A stretch of DNA of 64,000 nt from assembly GCA_964575275.1 (NCBI GenBank), contig CAZNPE010000001.1:319904-383903 (forward strand). The letters are read 5' to 3'. The stretch comes from an uncultured Candidatus Peribacteria bacterium. Lineage in GTDB: Bacteria > Patescibacteriota > Gracilibacteria > Peribacterales > Peribacteraceae. Shown one piece after another: positions 17,206 through 26,029 of the stretch; position 1 is the stretch's first letter; each line of letters begins with the position of its first letter. The notes beneath the pieces were generated by a model, which was given only the letters and a program-made list of their open reading frames with translations, was not told where the DNA came from and made no database searches. Made by a program: the position numbers and the translations under genes.

Positions 17206-17841
17206 ATGCGGCGACATACAGAATCTACGGCAGAACACCGCTTTGTTAGCCTGAAGGACATTAATGAGCGGGCGAGCACCTCCTGTGTATCGGACGAAGC
17301 ATGGCGTACTTTTTTCAATGAGGTCTCTGATTCATGCACGTCATTACTCTTCAATGTGCTTAGAAAGTCGTTTCCAGTACTCGATTTTCACAAGGCACAG
17401 GATATTGTTCAGATTGCATTGCTCAAGGCATGGAACAGTAGAGGCACATTCGATCCCAAAGGGCCGTTTACTTGGTGGATTTCCACCATTGTCCGCAATG
17501 AAGCAGTGAGCTATTTGCGCGCAAAGAAAAATCACCGTCATTTATCTATCGATGCACAAGATACTGAAGATAGCTTTTCTATAAGCGACCAGCTGATGGA
17601 TGATGAACCGAGTCCACTGGATACTCTCTTAGATGATGAAGCAAGCACGCGAGTGTGTCGTGCAGTTGCGGCTCTTTCAGACGAGGAGCGCAATTTGATT
17701 GCTGGAATTTTCGCTGACGAAAAAAGTCTTTCAGAAATGTTGGCAAACGGAGAGCTACTGTATGGCTCTGTGCCAACTGCATCACGAAGAAAGACACTGC
17801 TCCTTAGAAGGCTGGAGAAATTACTAGCTGGAAAAATCTAA
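17206..17841 (+). CDS. RNA polymerase sigma factor, ECF-like (sigma-70 regions 2 and 4)
   Basis: DIVQIALLKAWNSRGTFDP...FTWWISTIVRNEAVSYLR resembles region 2. A C-terminal HTH-like segment is LSDEERNLIAGIFADEKSLSEM. A TTGACC-16-CATAGT promoter lies at 17159..17186. Confidence 0.65.
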   Translation: MRRHTESTAEHRFVSLKDINERASTSCVSDEAWRTFFNEVSDSCTSLLFNVLRKSFPVLDFHKAQDIVQIALLKAWNSRGTFDPKGPFTWWISTIVRNEAVSYLRAKKNHRHLSIDAQDTEDSFSISDQLMDDEPSPLDTLLDDEASTRVCRAVAALSDEERNLIAGIFADEKSLSEMLANGELLYGSVPTASRRKTLLLRRLEKLLAGKI

Positions 17842-17901
17842 GAGACAATTTGCTCAATTCGTCCTTTTATAGATGGTGGACTTTTGTATACTCTGTCTCG
17901 T

Positions 17902-18939
17902 ATGGCCATCAAGCGAACACAGCCAACGGGTGGAGATCGACCGGTGACACCAGTCGCAAAGGAGGCAGATCAGATCGAGATCACACTCCGTCCTTCTACG
18001 TTAGCCGAGTACGTTGGTCAGTCCGACATCAAAGATCATTTGCATGTGTATTTGCAAGCAGCCAAGAAGCGTACTGAGCCACTGGGTCACACCATCCTTC
18101 ACGGCCCTCCGGGTCTTGGGAAAACAACACTTGCGTACATCTTGGCGAAAGAGATGGGCGCACAGATTCGCGTGACGTCTGGTCCAGCTATTGAGAAGCC
18201 AGGAGATTTGGCATCGCTCCTCACCAATCTTCAGGCAGGCGATATGCTCTTCATCGATGAGATTCATCGCATGCGTCCGGCCATCGAAGAAGTTTTGTAT
18301 AGCGCGATGGAAGATTTCGCACTCGATCTCGTCATCGGCAAAGGGCCGTCTGCGCGTTCCATGCGTATCGATCTGCAGCCATTCACGCTCATTGGCGCCA
18401 CGACCAAAGTTGGTTCAGTCAGTACACCACTGCGCGATCGCTTCATCCATAACTTTAAGTTGAGCTTCTATAAGCCAGAGGAGCTCGGGAAAATCGTGCT
18501 TCGTTCATCTGGAATTCTTGGGATTCAGATGGAAGAGAAGGCAGCGTCGGCTATCGCTCATGCTAGCCGCGCGACTCCGCGTATCGCCAACCGCTTGGTA
18601 CGTTCTATTCGCGATTTTGCACAGTTCAATAATGAAGCGACCGTTGCGCACGATCGCGTGAAGCTCACACTCGCATCACTCGGTATCGACGAACGCGGAC
18701 TGGATAATACCGATCGATTGATTCTCCTCACCATTATCGAGAAGTTTGCTGGCGGGCCAGTAGGAGTTGGCTCTCTCGCAGCCGCACTCTCAGAAGAAGA
18801 GGAAACGCTAGAAGATGTGTACGAGCCGTACCTGATTCAGTGTGGATTTATGCAGCGCACGCCGAAGGGGCGCACCGTCACCAAGCTCGCGTACGACTTA
18901 CTGGGGATGGACGCGCCAGGAGGGCAGATGTCGATGTAG
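17902..18939 (+). CDS. ruvB: Holliday junction branch migration helicase RuvB
   Basis: LHGPPGLGKTTLAYILAKEMG and LFIDEIHR. The start is set to the ATG at 17902, with TATACT 9 nt upstream. Confidence 0.93.
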   Translation: MAIKRTQPTGGDRPVTPVAKEADQIEITLRPSTLAEYVGQSDIKDHLHVYLQAAKKRTEPLGHTILHGPPGLGKTTLAYILAKEMGAQIRVTSGPAIEKPGDLASLLTNLQAGDMLFIDEIHRMRPAIEEVLYSAMEDFALDLVIGKGPSARSMRIDLQPFTLIGATTKVGSVSTPLRDRFIHNFKLSFYKPEELGKIVLRSSGILGIQMEEKAASAIAHASRATPRIANRLVRSIRDFAQFNNEATVAHDRVKLTLASLGIDERGLDNTDRLILLTIIEKFAGGPVGVGSLAAALSEEEETLEDVYEPYLIQCGFMQRTPKGRTVTKLAYDLLGMDAPGGQMSM

Positions 18940-18940
18940 G

Positions 18941-20044
18941 TTACATCGACGCGATCGCTCTGCGAATTCCGTCCTCGAATTGTTTTCGTGAGAACTTCTT
19001 TGCCTGAGAGAGCAGTGCATCTTTTGAATACTTTTTTGGATCAAACTTTTTGATAACAGCTGCAAGAGAGTCAGGCGTTGGCTCATCGAAAAATTCTCCT
19101 GTTTTCCCTTCGATCATTGTTTCCAGTGCGCCACCCGAACGGAATGCAATCACGGGTGTTCCCATCGCCATGGACTCGAGTGGAACCAAACCGAAGTCTT
19201 CATCACCCGCAAAGAGTGTTGCCTTCGCACCACGGAGAATATCTTTGAGTTCATCATTCTGGCGGTAACCGTAGAACTCGGTCTTTGGTCCGGCCAAAGA
19301 TTCGAGTCTTTTTCGATCTGGTCCTTCGCCAACAATCTTCAGGTGAACATCAGCGTTCTTACACGCTTCGATGGCGAGGTCGATGCGTTTGTAGCGAACG
19401 AGTGATGAGATGATGAGGAAGTAGTCTGGCGAGTGGGTAGTGGGTTGTGGGTAGTGAGGAGTTTCGAACCAGCTGTCATCGATCGGTGGATAGAGGACAT
19501 CACTATCGCGGCGCCAGTAGAGTTCGATGCGGCGTTTCACGGCATTGGATGCAGCAAGAAGCTTGTCTGGTCTGTCTGCCGCTTCGCTATCCCACACGCG
19601 AAGTGGATGGAATGTGCGTTCCAAGTACAGACGCTTGAGCCATCCGATGGGGCCGTGTCCTGCTTGGTTCACGACATCATGTGTTCTGTCCCACAGGTAC
19701 CGAGCAGGAGAGTGGACGTAACATAAATGTTTGGGTGCTGAGTTTGTGATGATGCCGTGGACAAAGGCGGAGGAAGTAGAGAGCACGAGATCGAACTCCG
19801 AAAAATCCCAGGCTTCCACAGCACGAGGAAATTTTTTGAGATACAGATGATGATTGAATGATCGTGCGTTGGCCTGAAGAATACTTGGCCGCACACGAGA
19901 CTTGGGGAACCAATCACCTAACTTCTTCTCGTCGTAGAGAAGAGTGTAGATGGGGGCATCTGGGAACATATCCGCAAGAATCTTGAGGACACGCTCGGCG
20001 CCACCGCGCATCGTGAGAAGTTCATGGACAAGTGCGACTTTCAT
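18941..20044 (-). CDS. Glycosyltransferase family 4 (GT-B)
   Basis: 367 aa with the C-terminal GT1 motif EDFGLVPLESMAMGTPVIAFRSGGALE. TATGCT sits 9 nt upstream of the ATG. Confidence 0.8.
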   Translation of the reverse strand: MKVALVHELLTMRGGAERVLKILADMFPDAPIYTLLYDEKKLGDWFPKSRVRPSILQANARSFNHHLYLKKFPRAVEAWDFSEFDLVLSTSSAFVHGIITNSAPKHLCYVHSPARYLWDRTHDVVNQAGHGPIGWLKRLYLERTFHPLRVWDSEAADRPDKLLAASNAVKRRIELYWRRDSDVLYPPIDDSWFETPHYPQPTTHSPDYFLIISSLVRYKRIDLAIEACKNADVHLKIVGEGPDRKRLESLAGPKTEFYGYRQNDELKDILRGAKATLFAGDEDFGLVPLESMAMGTPVIAFRSGGALETMIEGKTGEFFDEPTPDSLAAVIKKFDPKKYSKDALLSQAKKFSRKQFEDGIRRAIASM

Positions 20045-20139
20045 GCGAAGGCTAGCATAAACCTCTTGGATCCAACTGCAATGGTTTGACTTTCTACTGC
20101 AGATGGCGAGAATGCCGCACTACTTGATACCCCCATCCT

Positions 20140-20406
20140 ATGTCCTTGAATTCTGCTTCCCTCCGAGAGCCTGCTGTTTCAGCTCCAGTCGTAGCTCAGT
20201 TGAGCTCTCAGCCAGTGATTAATGGCGTCCAGGACATCACTGATTCTGTTCGTGACACATGGAAAGATGGTGTATCCGTCAATGGTGCTGATTTTGCAGC
20301 GCTGGATCAGAGTGATGTCTTTGGGGACTGCCCAAAGGATCGCCTCACAAATCCACGAGCATGGAATCCAGTTCGCGTTGATGATCGCCCAACTCTTTCC
20401 GAGTAA
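20140..20406 (+). CDS. Possible small acidic protein (uncertain)
   Basis: 88-aa ORF with protein-like composition, but competing ORFs exist on both strands and no clear promoter is visible. Confidence 0.25.
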   Translation: MSLNSASLREPAVSAPVVAQLSSQPVINGVQDITDSVRDTWKDGVSVNGADFAALDQSDVFGDCPKDRLTNPRAWNPVRVDDRPTLSE

Positions 20407-20422
20407 TATCGGATTCACTTCT

Positions 20423-20674
20423 ATGCTTCGTATTGCTGAAGAAACTATCGATGCTCCATTCCCTGGTTCCGCCAGTCGTTTCGGAAGTTATTCCAAGCCA
20501 CTTCGCGACGACCCTCGTGGGTTCATGGATGCAAAGGATTTCCTAAAGCACGGAACCTGGATTGACGAGGTGTATTTGGAAACCGGAGAGGTTGACCCAT
20601 TCCTCTTCGAACTCGTTGAAGATCAGCGAACTCACGTGCTGCCTTTTATCGATAGCTCGAATACGAGCGCGTAG
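20423..20674 (+). CDS. Possible small acidic protein (uncertain)
   Basis: Internal ATG of ORF 20222..20674 (MLRIAEETIDAPFPG...). TAATAT lies 13 nt upstream. It is the only sizeable ORF in this stretch. Confidence 0.3.
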   Translation: MLRIAEETIDAPFPGSASRFGSYSKPLRDDPRGFMDAKDFLKHGTWIDEVYLETGEVDPFLFELVEDQRTHVLPFIDSSNTSA

Positions 20675-20703
20675 GAAAGAAGAGGTCTTCATCTTTTCAT
20701 CGA

Positions 20704-20726
20704 TTTACTGCATAATCTCGCGGCTG
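20704..20726 (+). promoter_or_regulatory. tRNA promoter block TTTACTGCATAATCTCGCGGCTG
   Basis: The first 15 nt are identical to the block upstream of tRNA-Met (58628..58650). It contains the TG-CATAAT -10. Confidence 0.55.
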
Positions 20727-20730
20727 TTCA

Positions 20731-20767
20731 TTCTTCAACGATCTTTCTCTGGGTCGGTAGCTCAGTG
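20731..20767 (+). repeat. Duplicated leader plus first 17 nt of tRNA-Lys (truncated copy)
   Basis: ttcttcaacgatctttctctGGGTCGGTAGCTCAGTG recurs at 20825..20863 as ttcttccaccatctttttctctGGGTCGGTAGCTCAGTG, where it continues into the intact tRNA. Confidence 0.8.
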
Positions 20768-20846
20768 ACCGCCGAAGCGCTTGCGCGAGGCGTTAGAAAA
20801 TAAGAGCTGCTCGTCCTTGCTCCTTTCTTCCACCATCTTTTTCTCT

Positions 20847-20921
20847 GGGTCGGTAGCTCAGTGGTAGAGCAGTGCCCTTTTAAGGCATTGGCCGAGGGTT
20901 CAAGTCCCTCCCGACCCACCA
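20847..20921 (+). tRNA. tRNA-Lys (anticodon TTT), CCA encoded
   Basis: Manual cloverleaf: GGGTCGG/TA/GCTC-AGTGGTA-GAGC/A/GTGCC-CTTTTAA-GGCAT/TGGCC/GAGGG-TTCAAGT-CCCTC/CCGACCC-A-CCA. Confidence 0.9.
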
Positions 20922-21011
20922 TGAAGCACGATTCGTGAACTGCCGAATCACCTAAAGCAACTGATGATTGAGAGGGTCAGCGGAGAGTAAATACGCAACG
21001 AAGCATCTGTT

Positions 21012-22106
21012 TTACACTGATTCCTGCGGAACCATCAGCTCTTTTGCGATGCGACCGTTCCATTGGATCGTGCCGTCGAACATATCGGAGTAGATCGCAG
21101 TGCATGAAGTAATTGGACCGCTGTCGATTTCACGTGCCGCCTGCGCTACTTCTGGCATAGAAAAAGCCTGCTTCAGGCTATTCATCATAATAGGATCCAG
21201 GACAAGCTGAAGACTGTCACCGTGACGGCGACAAATCATCATGTCCGACAAGTCGTACCCTCCTCCTGAAAGTACGTGAGCCTGGAGCACGAGGACAGAC
21301 GCATGAATTCGTGCGACTTTTTTCACGGCCATTTCGAGTGCGCGCATGAGTGCGTCGAATGTTTGGTTGTTCCATTCCATGCCCACAGACGCCGCGAATG
21401 CCGGAAATTGTCGAATAACTCTCCATTGAAACGGAGTACCGAAGAGCAGTCCTTTGATGAGTTTGCGGTATGCAGGATAATCGATGCCAGCCGGACTGAC
21501 ATGCGGTTTGAATTCCGCAAGGAGCGCAATGAATTCACGATACGTTGCAGTTTGGGGGCTATCATCGCCATTCTCGAGCGCGTGGATTCGCTCTGTTTCC
21601 CATCGATGCATTTCGTAGAGCATTGTTTTTGCCTGTGCCATGGAGATTTGATAGAGAAGATCGAACTGCTGCTCTCTAGTCGCTTGTTCTTGAAAGTAGG
21701 AGACGACTGCTTGCCACTCTCTTTCCAATATCGGATACGCAGCAATGCTGCCGGGAAGAGCAACTCGTTCCGCGGTGACGTCATCTGCTTCGGTAAGTTC
21801 CAAGAGATTGTCCAATCCTTCAATAGCGGCCAGGCCATGCACTCCGTTTTGGGCTGGATTTGTGAAGCGAGGGGATATGCGTGTGGTCCACAGATCATCA
21901 AGAATCATTCCTTCGAGTGCACCCACTCGTTCTTTCATCGAAAAGCTTTCCACGCTATCGCCACGTTGATACGCGGCAATAACAGTCCACAAGTCACTGC
22001 GTCGTTGGCCCAACAGTGTATGGATCTCGTTGTACGTCACCCTCCCTTCATCGGGTGTGCGTTGCTGAGGGCGTGAAATGCGTGGGTCTGAGCGATCCAT
22101 ACTCAT
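21012..22106 (-). CDS. Hypothetical protein (orphan)
   Basis: 364-aa ORF with no recognisable motif. It is driven by a near-consensus promoter in an AT-rich spacer. Confidence 0.6.
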   Translation of the reverse strand: MSMDRSDPRISRPQQRTPDEGRVTYNEIHTLLGQRRSDLWTVIAAYQRGDSVESFSMKERVGALEGMILDDLWTTRISPRFTNPAQNGVHGLAAIEGLDNLLELTEADDVTAERVALPGSIAAYPILEREWQAVVSYFQEQATREQQFDLLYQISMAQAKTMLYEMHRWETERIHALENGDDSPQTATYREFIALLAEFKPHVSPAGIDYPAYRKLIKGLLFGTPFQWRVIRQFPAFAASVGMEWNNQTFDALMRALEMAVKKVARIHASVLVLQAHVLSGGGYDLSDMMICRRHGDSLQLVLDPIMMNSLKQAFSMPEVAQAAREIDSGPITSCTAIYSDMFDGTIQWNGRIAKELMVPQESV

Positions 22107-22112
22107 ATTATT

Positions 22113-22140
22113 ATTTTATAATATAAATATATTAAGTCAA
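22113..22140 (-). promoter_or_regulatory. Promoter TTGACT-16-TAAAAT, -10 box 6 nt from the ATG
   Basis: The minus strand reads TTGACTtaatatatttatattaTAAAATaataatATG. Confidence 0.6.
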
Positions 22141-22206
22141 TAATTTAAGAGGTGTTTTGAGGTGTACAGACAGCATCTGAGAACCTCCGCTATACTGACG
22201 TCTCGT

Positions 22207-22869
22207 ATGGCTCTCTTTCCTATCCCAGCAAAACTCCGCGGTGTGACACTCTTCACCGCGGCATATCTTATCGTCGCAGCATTCTTCTCACTTCAGAGCC
22301 AGAACTTAGAGTTCATGTTTTATATTGGAGTCGTTGTCGTAATGGCGTTCATTGTTCTTGCCGTCTACGAGCATGTGAACCTGACAATGGGATTGGTGTG
22401 GTTCATGAGTATCTGGGGATTGATGCACATGATCGGCGGTATCATGCCGGTGCCGGAAGGATGGCCAATAAGCGGAACGAAAGCAGTCTTCTATAGTTTG
22501 TGGATCATTCCGAATCTGCTGAAGTACGATCAGGTCGTGCATGCGTATGGCTTTGGTATGTCCACATGGGTGTGCTGGCAGGCAGTGAGGACAACGCTTA
22601 AGGATCCTGAACCAAAGATGGGCGTGCTTCTCCTGTGCATGCTTGCTGGTATGGGGCTTGGTGCTGGCAATGAAGTTATCGAATTCATTGCAACACTTCT
22701 CATTCCAAATACGAATGTCGGTGGGTACATCAACACGGGTTGGGATTTGGTTGCCAACATGGTTGGCAGCATCATCGCTGTACTTGTGATTTGGGGTATT
22801 CGTCCAAAGCGAACGTTCTTCGAAGTTGTTCGTGATCGTTTCATTTCGCATCACACGCCGAAGGCGTAA
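22207..22869 (+). CDS. Integral membrane protein, YjdF/DUF2238-like (tentative)
   Basis: Polytopic, with KYDQVVHAYGFG and GNEVIEFIA motifs. The start is set to the ATG at 22207 (MALFPIP), with TATACT 10 nt upstream. Confidence 0.55.
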   Translation: MALFPIPAKLRGVTLFTAAYLIVAAFFSLQSQNLEFMFYIGVVVVMAFIVLAVYEHVNLTMGLVWFMSIWGLMHMIGGIMPVPEGWPISGTKAVFYSLWIIPNLLKYDQVVHAYGFGMSTWVCWQAVRTTLKDPEPKMGVLLLCMLAGMGLGAGNEVIEFIATLLIPNTNVGGYINTGWDLVANMVGSIIAVLVIWGIRPKRTFFEVVRDRFISHHTPKA

Positions 22870-22875
22870 ATCTCC

Positions 22876-23634
22876 ATGATCGACTCGCACTGCCATCTCA
22901 CTGCTGACGATTTCTCTTCCGATCGCGTAGCAGTGATTGAGCGAGCAACGACGGCAGGACTGTCACATCTGGTGACGATCTGTGATGAGATGTCTGATAT
23001 CGAGAAATGTTCAGAATTAGCCAAGAAATACGATCATATTTTTTATACAGTTGGTGTGCATCCACATCATGCGAAGCTCTTCGATCTCGAAAAAGATATA
23101 GATCGATTGAAGACCGCTGCGAGGGGCGAAAAATGTCGAGGAATTGGTGAGATCGGTCTCGATTATTACTACATGAATAGTCCGAAGGACACGCAGCAAC
23201 GAGTCTTTGAGGCCCAGTTGAAACTTGCGAAAGAACTCAGCCTTCCAGCTGTGGTGCACTGCCGTGACGCAGTGGAGGATGTCTGGACGATCGTGAATCA
23301 TGTGAAGCCGAAGAGCCTTGTCATTCACTGCTGCACTGAGAAATGGGCAGATGTAAAAAAATTTGTTGATGCAGGCTATCACCTCTCATTCACAGGAATC
23401 GTGACGTATCCCAAGTCTGACGATATTCGTGTGACTGTGAAAGAGTGTCCACTTACGAACCTGATGGTGGAGACCGATGCGCCATACTTGGCGCCAGTCC
23501 CGCACCGGGGAAAGAGGTGCGAGCCAATGCATGTGATGGAGACGGCGAAGAAGATTGCAGAGGTCAAAGGACTGCCAATCGAAGAAGTTGATCGAGTGAC
23601 CTCCCAGGTGACGAAGGCATTCTTCAATCTCTAA
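22876..23634 (+). CDS. tatD: TatD-family metal-dependent hydrolase/DNase
   Basis: MIDSHCHL..., GEIGLDYYY and VVHCRDA motifs. Confidence 0.88.
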   Translation: MIDSHCHLTADDFSSDRVAVIERATTAGLSHLVTICDEMSDIEKCSELAKKYDHIFYTVGVHPHHAKLFDLEKDIDRLKTAARGEKCRGIGEIGLDYYYMNSPKDTQQRVFEAQLKLAKELSLPAVVHCRDAVEDVWTIVNHVKPKSLVIHCCTEKWADVKKFVDAGYHLSFTGIVTYPKSDDIRVTVKECPLTNLMVETDAPYLAPVPHRGKRCEPMHVMETAKKIAEVKGLPIEEVDRVTSQVTKAFFNL

Positions 23635-23648
23635 ATTTCTGTCGTACG

Positions 23649-23678
23649 TAAAAACGTCCTGTGACAGAGACAGGACGT
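23649..23678 (-). terminator. Intrinsic terminator after the SLH/cupredoxin gene
   Basis: The minus strand reads acgtcctgt-N7-acaggacgt (9-bp stem) followed by TTTTTAC. Confidence 0.65.
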
Positions 23679-23703
23679 GTAGAACCCAAGGTTGTACCTC
23701 GCC

Positions 23704-24675
23704 TTATTCCACGACAATTGTTGCGGTGTGAGTGGAGTTGAAGTGGTTGTGATAGCCCCACGTTCCCTTCTTCGTGAATGTGAACTTAAATTCTGCGCCA
23801 GAAGCGATCGCACCTCCTGAGTCGAATTCTGGATAGTCGGTATGCCATGGATGTGGGTTACTTGCGACCCGCAGATTGTTTCCACTGTCGTTACGGAATG
23901 TCACAACTGTGCCAACCTTTACGCGTAGCACCGAAGGGGTAAAGCCGGTGTCGCGGTAGAGCACGGTATTCAGTGCTGCCTCTGACGATGTCACAGGTTT
24001 TCGGGTTTGCCCTGGCTGGCCGTATGTCGCTCGTGCGTTCATCGCAATTTTCACAACTTCTGCACGATTGATAGCATCCGTTGGGCGGAAGGTGCCTGTC
24101 ACCTGGCCGTTGACCATAGTGTCGCCAGAGACAACCTTGTCACGAGCCAGTGCTTCGACAGCTGTTCCATAATTGGTATCGAAAGCTACGTCTTTGAACG
24201 TCGTTCCCTTGGCGGTGTCATCCATGTTCACCAGAAATGCAGCAGCGAAAATAGAAGCAACCTCAGCTCGAGTCGCGGCACGATCGATACGGACAAAGTT
24301 CTGCATGATAGGGAAGCGCTCGGCTTTTGCGACAGAGATGTATGAGGATGCCCAGTGATTCACTCCACTATCGATGACGGCACCATACGCAGTCTCATCG
24401 TAGCCGGCTGACTCGCTGGCCATTTTGAGCGCTTCTGCAATGGTGACGTTATTACTTGGACCAAACTTTCCTGTGAGCTTGCCGTTTGCATCGCGGTAAC
24501 CGGTAGCAATGTTTGCTTCAGTGGCACTGCGAACGTAACTCGAATACCACGACGATTGTGCTACGTCTTCAAAAATGATGGTCTGCCCATCGACAATGAC
24601 CTGAATACCGAGGGCACTTGCTGTCATAGGGAGGAGAGCAGCAAGAGAGATGAAAAGAGAACGTATTGTACGCAT
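23704..24675 (-). CDS. Secreted SLH-domain protein with C-terminal cupredoxin-like domain
   Basis: Signal peptide, then three SLH-like repeats (F.DV....WY..YV......I..GY....F.P...VT.AEALKM). The C-terminus is VKVGTVVTFRNDSGNNLRVASNPHPWH...KGTWGYHNHFN. Confidence 0.7.
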   Translation of the reverse strand: MRTIRSLFISLAALLPMTASALGIQVIVDGQTIIFEDVAQSSWYSSYVRSATEANIATGYRDANGKLTGKFGPSNNVTIAEALKMASESAGYDETAYGAVIDSGVNHWASSYISVAKAERFPIMQNFVRIDRAATRAEVASIFAAAFLVNMDDTAKGTTFKDVAFDTNYGTAVEALARDKVVSGDTMVNGQVTGTFRPTDAINRAEVVKIAMNARATYGQPGQTRKPVTSSEAALNTVLYRDTGFTPSVLRVKVGTVVTFRNDSGNNLRVASNPHPWHTDYPEFDSGGAIASGAEFKFTFTKKGTWGYHNHFNSTHTATIVVE

Positions 24676-24840
24676 AGTGATGAAGGGGTAATGCTAGTGA
24701 GACGGTTCCATGCATCATGTATTACTGTCCCGAGTTGAAAATATTTTAGAATTATTGTGAAAATTTTTTCCGTCATACAGTGTCTCCACTGGTTTCACCA
24801 TTTGTTTGAATGTTCTACACTTCATTGCGTGAAGCCAGCA

Positions 24841-25254
24841 ATGTCCTTAGTCACTCTCGGCGTAAAAGATCTTCAGAAGAGCATTGCGTTCTACCGTGAT
24901 GGTCTTGGGTGGAAGACAGAAGTGAAAGAAGGGGGTGGCGTCGCATTCTTTCAACTCTCTGGCATTATTCTGTCACTCTTTCCTCGTCAGGAGTTGGCGA
25001 AAGATGCTGGTATGCCAGCCGAAGGATCGGGTTTTCCAGCTATCACACTCGCGCACAATGTTGGAAGTGAGGCAGAGGTTGATGAAGTATTGAGGGTCGC
25101 AGTCAAGGCTGGTGCGAAACTTCAAAAGCCGGCTCAGAAAGTTTACTGGGGAGGCTACAGTGGCTACTTCGCTGATCCCGACGGTCATCTGTGGGAGGTC
25201 GCACACAATCCGTTCTGGAAACTGACAGAGGATGGTCGTGCACTTCTACGATAA
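24841..25254 (+). CDS. VOC (glyoxalase/bleomycin-resistance) family protein
   Basis: MSLVTLGVKDLQKSIAFYRDGLGW...DPDGHLWEV. The start is trimmed to the ATG at 24841. Confidence 0.8.
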   Translation: MSLVTLGVKDLQKSIAFYRDGLGWKTEVKEGGGVAFFQLSGIILSLFPRQELAKDAGMPAEGSGFPAITLAHNVGSEAEVDEVLRVAVKAGAKLQKPAQKVYWGGYSGYFADPDGHLWEVAHNPFWKLTEDGRALLR

Positions 25255-25599
25255 TGGGGATTCGGTGTTCTCTAGCGTTGCAATAGCTTGAAGCACAGCA
25301 CTTGGGGATGATGCTTTCAGACGCTCCTCTGCGTCTCCACTCTCAATTTTTACCGTAGGGTGAAGCCGTGTGCACCCGCCCAGACACGCACTCACCTTTG
25401 TGACTGTGCAACGTCTTCCATCCGCTAATTCGATCTCTGCAGCATCAGGAATGCAGGCTCCCTCCGGCAGATTGAGCATCTGTCGCATGACCTCACGACC
25501 TGGTGCGTCACCAGAACGAGATGGTTTCGCCCAACACGAATATCCGCAGAAACCTATAGAAAGTAATGGTTCATTCGAAGAAGAATCTGGTCGATTCAT
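25246..25599 (-). CDS. Hypothetical Cys-containing protein
   Basis: 117-aa ORF that converges on the VOC gene and overlaps it by 9 nt. No family was recognised. Confidence 0.4.
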   Translation of the reverse strand: MNRPDSSSNEPLLSIGFCGYSCWAKPSRSGDAPGREVMRQMLNLPEGACIPDAAEIELADGRRCTVTKVSACLGGCTRLHPTVKIESGDAEERLKASSPSAVLQAIATLENTESPLS

Positions 25600-25692
25600 C
25601 GGTGGAAAGGGGAGTGATATATGCGATCGGTGACTGAACCCGTCGCGGTCGATGAGCCAATACTATCGTACCAGACCTCCAATAGTAAAGAT

Positions 25693-25721
25693 TTGACGAA
25701 TACATTTCACATCAATATCAT
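25693..25721 (+). promoter_or_regulatory. Promoter TTGACG-17-TATCAT, -10 box 8 nt from the ArsR-family ATG
   Basis: TTGACGaatacatttcacatcaaTATCATtcaaccaaATG. Confidence 0.65.
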
Positions 25722-25729
25722 TCAACCAA

Positions 25730-26029
25730 ATGGTAGAACGTTCCCATCGACTCGACGTCATTTTTGGCTCACTCGCAGACCCAACTCGCCGCGATATCTT
25801 GGAGCGCATTGCCGATACTGCGATGTCAGTGAGTGAGATCGCAAAGCCGTACAAGCTTTCACTCGCGGCGATCTCCAAACACCTCATAATTCTGGAGAAA
25901 GCGAAGCTCATCGTAAAAAGGCGATGGGGGAAGCAGCAGGTTGTCACGCTTTCGGCCACTGCAATACGCGACGCCTCTCGGTACCTGAGTATGTATGAAA
26001 AAGCATGGAGCCCACGCCCTGCGCGCTAG
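25730..26029 (+). CDS. ArsR/SmtB-family transcriptional regulator
   Basis: FGSLADPTRRDILERI...MSVSEIAKPYKLSLAAISKHLIILEKAKLI (winged HTH). Confidence 0.85.
   Translation: MVERSHRLDVIFGSLADPTRRDILERIADTAMSVSEIAKPYKLSLAAISKHLIILEKAKLIVKRRWGKQQVVTLSATAIRDASRYLSMYEKAWSPRPAR

Noticed and set aside
17106-17354. ORF-track N-terminal extensions, for example acetate-CoA ligase to 17354, rplA to 12777, clpC to 8239, metG from 39282, the VirB4-like gene to 47934, the FemX-like gene to 54074 and the SLH/TSP3 protein to 43174.
   Set aside because: The extensions have non-family-like sequence, run through promoters, terminators or palindromes, or overlap the neighbouring gene. An internal ATG with a -10 box 6-10 nt upstream, or an ATGA overlap, gives a start consistent with family N-termini.
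20186-20260. A tRNA-like fragment, gtcgtagctcagttgagctc.
   Set aside because: Only a D-arm-like 10-mer matches. No anticodon arm, T-arm (GTTCRA) or acceptor pairing can be drawn, so it is not a tRNA or a recognisable pseudogene.
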